NCBI RefSeq assembly: GCF_039524755.1
Contig: NZ_BAAAGX010000007.1
Location: 119,219-143,218 of the forward strand
DNA: 24,000 nt
Direction of reading: 5' to 3'
Source of the DNA: Cryptosporangium japonicum
GTDB lineage: Bacteria; Actinomycetota; Actinomycetes; Mycobacteriales; Cryptosporangiaceae
Notes under the pieces: generated by a model
Database searches by the model: none
Told to the model about the DNA's origin: nothing
The model's input: only the letters and a program-made list of their open reading frames with translations
Part shown: positions 15,625-23,218 of the stretch, piece after piece
Layout of the letters: the number at the start of each line of letters is the position of its first letter
Numbering within the stretch: the stretch's first letter is position 1
Position numbers and translations under genes: made by a program

Positions 15625-16284
15625 ATGCGTGTACTCCTCGTCGAGGACGAGCCCTACCTGGCCGAGGCGATCCGCGACGGGCTGCGGCTGGCGGCGATCG
15701 CGGCCGACGTGGCCGGTGACGGCGACACCGCGCTGGCGCTGCTCGGCGTCAACCAGTACGACATCGCCGTCCTCGACCGCGACGTGCCCGGCCCGTCCGG
15801 TGACGAGATCGCCGAGCACATCGTCTCCTCGGGCCGCGACACGCCGATCCTGATGCTCACCGCGGCCGACCGCCTCGACGACAAGACGTCGGGCTTCGCG
15901 CTCGGCGCCGACGACTACCTCACCAAGCCGTTCGAGCTACGCGAACTGGTGCTGCGGCTGCGCGCGCTCGACCGGCGCCGCGCGTACCGCCGTCCGCCGG
16001 TGCGTGAGCTCGCGGGCGTGCGCCTGGACCCGTTCCGGCGCGAGGTCTACCGCGACGGCCGCTACGTCGCGCTCACCCGCAAACAGTTCGCGGTCCTCGA
16101 GGTGCTGCTGGCCGCCGAGGGTGGCGTCGTCAGCGCCGAGCACCTGCTCGAACGGGCCTGGGACGAGAACGCCGACCCGTTCACCAACGCGGTGCGCATC
16201 ACGGTCTCGGCGCTGCGCAAGCGGCTCGGCGAGCCGTGGGTGATCGCCACCGTGCCGGGCGTCGGTTACCGCATCGATGGCTAG
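15625..16284 (+). CDS. vanR: OmpR/PhoB-family response regulator, VanR type
   Basis: The receiver domain (MRVLLVEDEPYLAEAIRDGL...LDRDVPGPSGDE...LTAADRLDDKTSGFALGADDYLTKPF) is followed by a winged-helix domain (LTRKQFAVLEVLL...VPGVGYRI). The sequence and the adjacency to vanS and vanHAX match actinomycete VanR. Confidence 0.9.
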   Translation: MRVLLVEDEPYLAEAIRDGLRLAAIAADVAGDGDTALALLGVNQYDIAVLDRDVPGPSGDEIAEHIVSSGRDTPILMLTAADRLDDKTSGFALGADDYLTKPFELRELVLRLRALDRRRAYRRPPVRELAGVRLDPFRREVYRDGRYVALTRKQFAVLEVLLAAEGGVVSAEHLLERAWDENADPFTNAVRITVSALRKRLGEPWVIATVPGVGYRIDG

Positions 16285-17356
16285 GAGACCCGGGTTGAGC
16301 GTCCGGATGAAGCTCACGCTCAGCTACGCCGGCTTCCTGATGGTCGCGGGGGTCCTGCTGCTCGGCGCGGTGTGGGTGTTCTTGCTGCGCTACGTTCCCG
16401 ACCCGCCGGGCCACCGGCCCCTGATGGGCCCCACCCGCTACGCCCTGCAGGTCGCGTTCTTTCCCCGCGCCGCCCAGGTGATGGTGTTCCTGCTGGTCTT
16501 CGGGCTGATCGGCGGCTGGATCCTGGCCGGGCGGATGCTCGCCCCGCTGGCCCGGATCACCGCCGCGACCCGCCGGGCGGCGAGCGGGTCGCTGTCGCAC
16601 CGGATCGAGCTGGAGGGCCGCTCGGACGAGTTCCGCGAACTCGCCGACAGCTTCGACGCGATGCTCGCCCGGATCGAGGCCGACGTCGCCGAGCAGCAGC
16701 GGTTCGCCGCCAACGCGTCCCACGAACTGCGGACCCCGCTGGCGATCATGCAGACCCTCCTCGACGTCGCCCGCAGCGATCCCGGGCGCCGCGCCGGTGA
16801 GCTCGACGACCGTCTCCGCGCCGTCAACGGCCGGGCGATCGAGCTCACCGAGGCGTTGCTGCTGCTCAGCCGCACCGACCAGCGCGTGTTCACCCGCGAG
16901 GCGGTCGACCTGTCGCTGCTCGCCGAGGAGGCGGGCGAGACGCTCCTGCCGCTGGCCGAGAAGAACGGGGTGCGCGTGGTGACGACCGGGGACGTCACCC
17001 CCACCCTCGGCTCGCCCGCGCTCCTGCTGCAGCTCACGACGAACCTGCTGCACAACGCGATCGTGCACAACCGGCCCGCGGACGGCACCGTGCTGGTGCG
17101 CACCGCCGTCGACGGCGGGTCCGTCGTGCTCACCGTGGAGAACACCGGCGACGTCCTCGGCCGGCAGCTGGTCGCCACGCTCACCGAGCGGTTCACCCGC
17201 GGTACCGCGCGCGTGCACACCGACCAGGCCGGCGCCGGTCTCGGGCTGGCCATCGTGAAGAGCATCGTGCGGGCCCACGACGGGACGCTCCGGCTCGACC
17301 CACGCGACGGCGGCGGCCTGCGCGTCACGGTCCGGCTACCCCGCGACCGACCGTGA
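16277..17356 (+). CDS. vanS: Sensor histidine kinase, VanS type
   Basis: It overlaps the vanR stop by 8 nt. It has two TM helices flanking a short loop of about 30 aa, a HAMP-like segment, an H-box (ASHELRTPLA), an N-box (LLHNAIVHN) and a G-box (GAGLGLAIV). Confidence 0.87.
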   Translation: MARRPGLSVRMKLTLSYAGFLMVAGVLLLGAVWVFLLRYVPDPPGHRPLMGPTRYALQVAFFPRAAQVMVFLLVFGLIGGWILAGRMLAPLARITAATRRAASGSLSHRIELEGRSDEFRELADSFDAMLARIEADVAEQQRFAANASHELRTPLAIMQTLLDVARSDPGRRAGELDDRLRAVNGRAIELTEALLLLSRTDQRVFTREAVDLSLLAEEAGETLLPLAEKNGVRVVTTGDVTPTLGSPALLLQLTTNLLHNAIVHNRPADGTVLVRTAVDGGSVVLTVENTGDVLGRQLVATLTERFTRGTARVHTDQAGAGLGLAIVKSIVRAHDGTLRLDPRDGGGLRVTVRLPRDRP

Positions 17357-17957
17357 TCGGGAAGTCGAAATAGGTCTCCGGATACGGTTCGTCGACCAGC
17401 GTGTAGTGCCACCACTCGCTCTCGTAGGCGCGGAAACCGCAGGCCTCCATGATCGAGCGCAGGATCAGGCGGTTGGTCGTCTCGGGCGCCGCGATCCCGG
17501 CCGCTCCGTGGTGGGAGACCACGTCCATCAGGTCGTGGTCGCCGCCCATCGCGGCGAGGTCCCCGCCGACCCGGTGGAACAGCGTCAGGTCGACGGTGCT
17601 CCCACGGCTGTGCCCGGACCGGGCGGCCACGTACCCCTGGGTGAACATGTCCGCGCGGTCGATGTTCGGGTAGTGCCGCTGCTTCGTCCGGCCGTCCTCC
17701 GGCTTCTCCGACCAGCGCCGGAACGCGTCGACCGCGCGCTGGGGCCGGTAGCCGTCCCAGAGCAGGAGCCCGAACCCGGACGACTCGGCCTCCACCCGGG
17801 CGCGGTCCAGCGCCTCGCACAGCGCGGTGGTGCCGACGATGCGGTTGGCCAGGTACCCGTCCAGCGGCCGGCCGGTGAAGTTGTCCCAGGTGGCGTACTT
17901 GGCGTCCCAGCGGATGCCGGGCACGAACTCGTCGACGAACACGAACCGGTTGCTCAT
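17325..17957 (-). CDS. vanX: D-Ala-D-Ala dipeptidase VanX
   Basis: Contains MSNRFVFVDEFVPGIRWDAKYATWDNFTG, LLLWDGYRPQRAV, SGHSRGSTVDLTL and ESEWWHY, so the Zn-ligand H/D/H context is present. ATG 17957 overlaps the vanA stop (ATGA). Confidence 0.92.
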   Translation of the reverse strand: MSNRFVFVDEFVPGIRWDAKYATWDNFTGRPLDGYLANRIVGTTALCEALDRARVEAESSGFGLLLWDGYRPQRAVDAFRRWSEKPEDGRTKQRHYPNIDRADMFTQGYVAARSGHSRGSTVDLTLFHRVGGDLAAMGGDHDLMDVVSHHGAAGIAAPETTNRLILRSIMEACGFRAYESEWWHYTLVDEPYPETYFDFPITVGRGVAGP

Positions 17958-18949
17958 CGGGCCAGCGCCAGCGTGATCAGCCGGTCCAGCACGGCCGGCA
18001 GCGGTAACCCCGCGGCGGCCATCATGCGTGGGTAGCGGCTGTACGAGGTGAGCCCGGGCAGCGTGTTGACCTCGTTGAGCACGACCGTGCCGGCGTCGGT
18101 CAGGAACAGGTCGACGCGGGCCAGGCCCCGGCAGCCGAGCGCGCGGTACACGGTGGTCGCGGTCCGCCGGACCAGCGCACGGGACACGTCGGAGAGGTCG
18201 GCGGGGACGACGAACGTCGCGTTCTCGGACCCGGTCTCCGGTGTCTCTTCCTGGTGGATCCGGAAGAACCCGTGCGAGAGCGCGACCCGGTCCAGCTCGC
18301 CGACGATCAGGTCGGGGTCGTCGCCCAGCACCGCGCACCCGACCTCGCGACCGGCGACGGCCGCCTCGACCAGCACCTTGCTGTCGAACCGCCGGGCCGC
18401 ACGCACCGCGTCGGGCAGCTCGTCGGGGTGCTCGATCTTGCTGACGCCGAACGACGACCCGGACCGGGCCGGCTTCACGAACAGCGGCCAGGTGAGCCCG
18501 TCGAGCTTCTCGTCGTCGGTGAGCACCCGGAACTCCGGCGTGCCGATCCCGGCGGCGCGGGCGACGGTGTACGCGAGCGACTTGTCCATGGCGAGCGCGG
18601 AGCTCGGCACGTCGCAGCCGACGTACGGGATGCCGGAGAGCTCCAGCAGGCCCTGCACCGCGCCGTCCTCGCCGAACCGGCCGTGCAGCACCGGCAGCAC
18701 CACGTCCAGCCGCACCGGGCCGCGCCCGTCGACGAGCAGTCCGTGGTCGCCGCGGTCCGGGGAGAGCACGGCCTTCGCCCCGTCGTCCGCGTCCGGCCCG
18801 TCGCACCACCGCCAGCCGCCCTCCGGGGTGATCCGGACCCAGACCGGCTCGTACTTCGCCGGGTCGAGGTGTTTCGCGACCTCCCGCGCGGACTTGACCG
18901 ACACGGCGTGCTCCTCCGAGGCACCTCCGAAGAGGATTCCGACCTTCAC
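17954..18949 (-). CDS. vanA: D-alanine--(R)-lactate ligase, VanA/VanB type
   Basis: The GTG start at 18949 overlaps the vanH stop (GTGA). It contains MKVGILFGGASEEHAVSVKSA, VLPVLHGRFGEDGAVQGLLELSGIPYVGC, SHGFFRIHQEETPETGSENA and EVNTLPGLTSYSRYPRMM. These blocks are typical of depsipeptide-forming Van ligases. Confidence 0.92.
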   Translation of the reverse strand: MKVGILFGGASEEHAVSVKSAREVAKHLDPAKYEPVWVRITPEGGWRWCDGPDADDGAKAVLSPDRGDHGLLVDGRGPVRLDVVLPVLHGRFGEDGAVQGLLELSGIPYVGCDVPSSALAMDKSLAYTVARAAGIGTPEFRVLTDDEKLDGLTWPLFVKPARSGSSFGVSKIEHPDELPDAVRAARRFDSKVLVEAAVAGREVGCAVLGDDPDLIVGELDRVALSHGFFRIHQEETPETGSENATFVVPADLSDVSRALVRRTATTVYRALGCRGLARVDLFLTDAGTVVLNEVNTLPGLTSYSRYPRMMAAAGLPLPAVLDRLITLALAR

Positions 18950-19893
18950 TGTTCCCCGCTTCCGAAGTTCCGGCAGTTGACCAGGGTGTTCTCGACGACG
19001 TCACGCAGACCGTGGTCGGTGTAGTAGGCGGTGTGCGGGCTGACGATGACGTTCGGCCGCTCCTGCAGGCGCAGCAGCGCCTTGTGCCCGATCGGGTCGT
19101 TCCGCCGGTCGGTGGAGAAGATGCCGTCCTCCCCGTCGACGACGTCCAGTGCGGCGCCGGCGACCCGGCCGCTCTCCAGCGCGGCGAGCAGCGCCTCGGT
19201 GTCGAGCAGCGCGCCGCGGGCCGTGTTGACCAGGACCACGCCCGGTTTGCAGCGTTCGAGCCGGGTCCGGTCGAGCAGGTGGCGGGTCGCGGCGGTGAGC
19301 GGCACGTGCAGCGTCACGACGTCGCTCGCGCGCAGCAGCTCGTCGAGCGGCACCGAGTCCGCCGCGGCCACGTCGTGGACGAGGATCCGGCCGCCGAAGC
19401 CGGCCAGCCGGGTGATCACCGCCGACCCGATGCGCCCGGCGCCGACCACGCCGACCGTGAGGTCACGCAGCTCCCGCCCGCGCGCCTCGTTCAGCCGGTA
19501 GTCGTGGACCTCGGCACGCAGCACCGTCGACTTGGCGTCGCGCAGGGCCATCAACATCAGCATCACGGTGTAGTCGGCCACGCTGCCGGGCGAGTAGGCC
19601 ACCGTCCCGACCGTGATCCCGACCCGCTGGGCGAACCCGGTGTCGATGTGGTCGACCCCGACGCTGCGGGTCGAGACGTAGCCGACGCCGGCGCGGCTCA
19701 ACGCCGCCAGCACCGGCCCGGTCAGCCGCGTCCGGTGACCGACGCTGACGCACCGGCTCCCGGCGGCCAGCCCGCTGTTCTCCGCGGCGACCGGCGCCTC
19801 GATGACGACCGGCTCCATCCCGTACCGGGGCGCCGCCGCCCGGAACGCCGCGGCCTCGTCCGGCCCGCACCCGTAAATCGCGATTCGGCTCAT
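18946..19893 (-). CDS. vanH: D-lactate (2-hydroxyacid) dehydrogenase VanH
   Basis: The D-isomer 2-hydroxyacid dehydrogenase fold is supported by VGVVGAGRIGSAV, NTARGALLD and SPHTAYYT. I prefer the ATG at 19893 (MSRIAIYGC...) over the track TTG at 19905. Confidence 0.9.
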   Translation of the reverse strand: MSRIAIYGCGPDEAAAFRAAAPRYGMEPVVIEAPVAAENSGLAAGSRCVSVGHRTRLTGPVLAALSRAGVGYVSTRSVGVDHIDTGFAQRVGITVGTVAYSPGSVADYTVMLMLMALRDAKSTVLRAEVHDYRLNEARGRELRDLTVGVVGAGRIGSAVITRLAGFGGRILVHDVAAADSVPLDELLRASDVVTLHVPLTAATRHLLDRTRLERCKPGVVLVNTARGALLDTEALLAALESGRVAGAALDVVDGEDGIFSTDRRNDPIGHKALLRLQERPNVIVSPHTAYYTDHGLRDVVENTLVNCRNFGSGEQ

Positions 19894-19940
19894 GCGGGCA
19901 GTCAAGCCAGCGCGGCGTTGCGACCGGGTATGCGCTTCCG

Positions 19941-19957
19941 GATACCCCCGCGATAGG
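19941..19957. promoter_or_regulatory. Second GATAC-N6-GATAGG box, 47 bp upstream of the vanH ATG (inverted relative to vanH)
   Basis: The plus strand reads GATACCCCCGCGATAGG and the vanH-sense strand reads CCTATCGCGGGGGTATC. It lies in the 73-bp gap between the CMD gene stop and the vanH start. Confidence 0.4.
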
Positions 19958-19966
19958 GGCCGTGGT

Positions 19967-20533
19967 TCAGCGGGGGATCGCGGCCCGGACGGCCGGCGGG
20001 GCGTCGGCGCGCAGGCGGTCGTCGGGGGTGGCGCCGAGGGCGTTGTTCACGGTGGAGAAGGCCAGCCGCAGCGCGACGAAGACGGTCATCGCGAAGATCT
20101 CCGCGTCCGGGAAACCGGCCTCGCGCAGCTCGTCGACGTCGGTGGCCGTGGTGGCGTGGGGGGCGCGGGCCACGCGGCGGGCCCAGCGGGCCATCGCCTG
20201 GTCGGCGGCCGGCAGGCCGGAGTCGTCGCCGGAGAGCACCGCGCCGGCCACGTCGTCGCCCGCGACGCCGGCCAGACGGGAACCCCAGGCCAGCGAGCAG
20301 TACGGGTCGCCGAACGCCGACGCGGTCGCCGAGACCAGGATCGCGCGGCGGCGGAAGTCCAGCGACGTGCCCGCGGTGACCTGGCCCAGCAGGGCGAACA
20401 GGCCGCGTTCGGCCGCCGGGTCGTGGGCCCACAGGCGCGTCGTGTTCATCACGTAGCCGAGGTCGGCCTCGTCCTCGGCGAAGAGCGCGTCGCTCTCCGC
20501 CGAGGCGGTCGGGTCGGTGAGGTAGCCGGTCAT
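19967..20533 (-). CDS. Carboxymuconolactone decarboxylase (CMD/AhpD-like) family protein
   Basis: A 188-aa helical protein with RRRAILVSATASAFGDPYCSLAWG resembling the CMD core, although only one Cys of the usual CxxC/CxYC motif is present. A GGAG RBS lies upstream of ATG 20533. Confidence 0.7.
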   Translation of the reverse strand: MTGYLTDPTASAESDALFAEDEADLGYVMNTTRLWAHDPAAERGLFALLGQVTAGTSLDFRRRAILVSATASAFGDPYCSLAWGSRLAGVAGDDVAGAVLSGDDSGLPAADQAMARWARRVARAPHATTATDVDELREAGFPDAEIFAMTVFVALRLAFSTVNNALGATPDDRLRADAPPAVRAAIPR

Positions 20534-20552
20534 GCTCCGATCGTCGCAACGA

Positions 20553-22145
20553 TCAGCGCCCGGCGCCTCCGTACCGGCTACGGAGGGACGTCTTCAGTAC
20601 CTTTCCGCTGGCGGTCAGCGGAAGAGCGTCGACGACCACCACGTCGGACGGGCACTTGTAGTGCGCCATGCGCTCGCGGGCCCAGGCGATCAGCTCCGCG
20701 GCGTCGACGGTGCGCCCGGCGGCGGGGACGACGACCGCCAGCGGCGTCTCGCCCCACCGGGACGACGGCACGCCCACCACCGCGACGTGCGCGACCGACG
20801 GATGTCCGGTCAGGACGCTCTCCACCTCGGCCGGGTACACGTTCTCGCCGCCGGAGACGATCATGTCCTTGAGGCGGTCGTGCAGGTAGAGGTAGCCGTC
20901 CTCGTCGAACGAGCCGCCGTCGCCGGTACGCAGCCAGCCGTCCGGCGTGATCGCGGCCTCGGTCGCGGCCGGGTTGCGCCAGTAGCGGCGCATCACGTGA
21001 CCGCCGCCGATGAGCACCTCGCCGCGGACGCCGGGCGGCACGTCCACCAGCGTGGCCGGGTCGACGATCCGCACCGGGACGTTCGGCATCGGCTGCCCGA
21101 CCGAACGCAGCTTGCGCGCCTCGCGGTGGTCGGCCGGGCTCAGCATCGTGACGCCGCCGGTGGACTCGGTGAGCCCGTAGGACTGCAGGAACTTGCAGCC
21201 GAACACCGCGGTCGCCTCGCGCAGCACCGGTTCCGGCATCGGCGAGGCACCGTAGACCAGGTACTTCAGCGCGCTCCAGTCGCCGGTGCGCACCTCGGGG
21301 AGGGTCAGCAGGAACTGGATCACGGTGGGCACCGCGACCGCGTGCGAGACGCGGTACTCCTGCAGGATCGTGCAGAGGTCGGCCGGCGAGGTGGGGTTGC
21401 GCAGCAGGAGCTCCGCGCCGTTGATCGCCGCGACCAGGGCCAGACCCAGGCCGGAGACGTGGAAGAACGGCACCGGCGCCAGGGCCACCGACGTGGTGTC
21501 CAGCTCCAGCAGGTAGTGCATGGCCGCGACGGCCTGGCCGAGGTTCGCGCCGGTCAGCTCGATGCCCTTGGGGTGACCGGTGGTGCCCGACGTGTAGAAC
21601 ATCAGCGCGGTCTCGCCGGGGTCCCGCGCGTACCCCGGGTCGACGTCGGACGCCGCCGCGACCCAGGCGTCGTAGCCGTCCGGGCCGGCGAGCGTCACGA
21701 CCAGGCCGACCCCGGCGTCGCGCGCGGTGGCCGCCAGGTGCTCGTGGCCGTGACCGAGCACGATCGCGGCCGGTTCGGCGTCGCCCAGGATGTACTCGAC
21801 CTCCGGCGGGGCCAGCCGGAAGTTCAGCGCGGTCGGGATCGCACCGGCCTTGCTCGCGCCGTAGAGCGTCGCGAGGAACTGCGCGGAGTTCTCCCCCAGG
21901 TACGCGACCCGGTCGCCGGGCCCGACGCCGGCGTCGATCAGCGCGTTGGCCACCCGGCTGGCGTCGCGGTCCAGTTCCGCGTACGTCGTGGTCGCGGTGG
22001 CGGTACGCACGGCCGACGCCGCGGGCGTCGCCGCCGCCCGCCGCCGCGGAATGTCCTCGAGCCGCTCGATCCGGGTGCCGTCGGCGTGCAGCGCGTAGTG
22101 CGGGTCGGCGTACTCGGCCGGCGTGGGCAGCAGCACCACGGTCAT
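20553..22145 (-). CDS. AMP-dependent acyl-CoA synthetase/ligase (paralog of 10290-11846)
   Basis: Contains YTSGTTGHPKGI, YGLTE, TGD and SGGENVYPAEVE, plus TASGKVLK. It shares the block RVAYL...NFRLAxPEVE(W/Y)IL with the other ligase. ATG 22145 overlaps the upstream stop. Confidence 0.9.
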   Translation of the reverse strand: MTVVLLPTPAEYADPHYALHADGTRIERLEDIPRRRAAATPAASAVRTATATTTYAELDRDASRVANALIDAGVGPGDRVAYLGENSAQFLATLYGASKAGAIPTALNFRLAPPEVEYILGDAEPAAIVLGHGHEHLAATARDAGVGLVVTLAGPDGYDAWVAAASDVDPGYARDPGETALMFYTSGTTGHPKGIELTGANLGQAVAAMHYLLELDTTSVALAPVPFFHVSGLGLALVAAINGAELLLRNPTSPADLCTILQEYRVSHAVAVPTVIQFLLTLPEVRTGDWSALKYLVYGASPMPEPVLREATAVFGCKFLQSYGLTESTGGVTMLSPADHREARKLRSVGQPMPNVPVRIVDPATLVDVPPGVRGEVLIGGGHVMRRYWRNPAATEAAITPDGWLRTGDGGSFDEDGYLYLHDRLKDMIVSGGENVYPAEVESVLTGHPSVAHVAVVGVPSSRWGETPLAVVVPAAGRTVDAAELIAWARERMAHYKCPSDVVVVDALPLTASGKVLKTSLRSRYGGAGR

Positions 22146-23218
22146 CGCGCCCCCTCCGCGTGGACCGGCCGCGCGGCCCTGGTCGCGTCGTACGCCCCGA
22201 ACACCGGAGCGGCGAAGATCCCCGGGGGCGCCGCGACCACGTGCTCGATCGCGCGCAACGCGGGGCCGGCGGTGACGTACTGGGCGGCGGTCGTGCGCAC
22301 GCCCTCCTCGGAGGGTTCGACCAGGTTGAGGGTCATGATGATCTCCGGCTTGCCCTCGAGGTGGATGCGCCAGTGGTCACGCCCGGCGTACTCGGGCCGG
22401 TCCGGTTCGCAGGTCCAGATGATCGCGAGCGTCAGGAACGGTTCCCCGCCGACGAGCGCGTGCCACCGCCACTCGGTGGTGCCGACCGTGCCGGCCGCGA
22501 TCGGCCCGGCCGCGACCGTGAGGTCACGCGACGCCGGCACGATGCGGTGGTCGGGCACGATGTCGTCGACCACCACGCCCAGCCGCTCGCACACGAACGC
22601 GATCGTCTCCCGGTACAGCAGCCCGTAGAGCGTCGGCAGCGGCCCGGAGCCGTCCAGCGACGCCGGGTCCGACCCCATCCCCATCACCGTGAACAGGAAG
22701 TCGGGGTCGGGCATCGAGCGCGCGTCGAGCACCTCGTCGATCGTGATCCGGTCCAGCGTGACGCTGGCTCCGGTGAGCGCCAGCGTGAGCCGCTCCCCGA
22801 TCACGCCGGGGCTGATGCCGACGCCGTAGAGCGTGCTGCCGCCGGCCCGGCACGCGTCGAGGAAGAGCTGTTCGCGGGCCGAGCCGTGGGCCCGGGGGAA
22901 GTGCTGACCGGCGGTCGTGACGACGTTGATGCCGGCCTCGAGCAGGCGCACCAGGTCCGCGTCGTGTTTCTCGTACGGGATCTGCAGCCGCGGCGCGTGC
23001 ACGACGACGTCGGGCGCGGCGGCGATCACGTCGGCGACGTCGCGGGTGGCCGACACCCCGGTGTGCGGCCGCCGCGCGATGTCCCCGGCGTCGCGCCCGA
23101 CCTTCCTCCCGCCGTAGACCAGCAGCGCCACCAGCTCCAGGTCGGGCCGGTCGAGGATGCCCCGCAGGATCGTCTTGCCGACCGCACCGGTGGCCCACTG
23201 GGCCACCCGGATCGTCAC
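22142..23218 (-). CDS. DapB-N-like NAD(P)-binding dehydrogenase (amine dehydrogenase / dihydrodipicolinate-reductase-like family)
   Basis: GTG 23218 overlaps the upstream stop (GTGA). The N-terminus IRVAQWATGAVGKTILRGILDRPDLELVALLVY is a Rossmann motif of the DapB-like family. The track N-terminal extension to 23338 overlaps the SDR gene and was rejected. Confidence 0.72.
   Translation of the reverse strand: MTIRVAQWATGAVGKTILRGILDRPDLELVALLVYGGRKVGRDAGDIARRPHTGVSATRDVADVIAAAPDVVVHAPRLQIPYEKHDADLVRLLEAGINVVTTAGQHFPRAHGSAREQLFLDACRAGGSTLYGVGISPGVIGERLTLALTGASVTLDRITIDEVLDARSMPDPDFLFTVMGMGSDPASLDGSGPLPTLYGLLYRETIAFVCERLGVVVDDIVPDHRIVPASRDLTVAAGPIAAGTVGTTEWRWHALVGGEPFLTLAIIWTCEPDRPEYAGRDHWRIHLEGKPEIIMTLNLVEPSEEGVRTTAAQYVTAGPALRAIEHVVAAPPGIFAAPVFGAYDATRAARPVHAEGAR

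Noticed and set aside
16438-19004. ORF 16438..17820 (460 aa, minus) and the N-terminal part of ORF 17325..19004 (559 aa, minus)
   Set aside because: The first is antisense to vanS. The second is VanX-like only from the internal ATG at 17957, and its upstream part overlaps vanA out of frame with Arg/Pro/Gly-rich junk sequence.
19901-19906. The TTGACT hexamer and TTG alternative start (19905) just upstream of the vanH ATG
   Set aside because: As a -35 element it is only 8 bp from the ATG, with no room for a -10. As a start codon it adds only four residues (MTAR), and the downstream ATG (MSRIAIYGC) aligns better with 2-hydroxyacid dehydrogenase N-termini.
15465-19966. Searched the borders of the van cassette for signs of mobility (inverted repeats, direct duplications, tRNA, integrase/transposase, compositional break)
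   Set aside because: I recognised none by eye. The composition looks like the rest of the window, so horizontal acquisition can be neither claimed nor excluded from this window alone.
20532-22628. The 698-aa plus-strand ORF
   Set aside because: It is antisense to the acyl-CoA ligase and the DapB-like gene, both of which carry clear family motifs. Its composition is typical of a shadow ORF.
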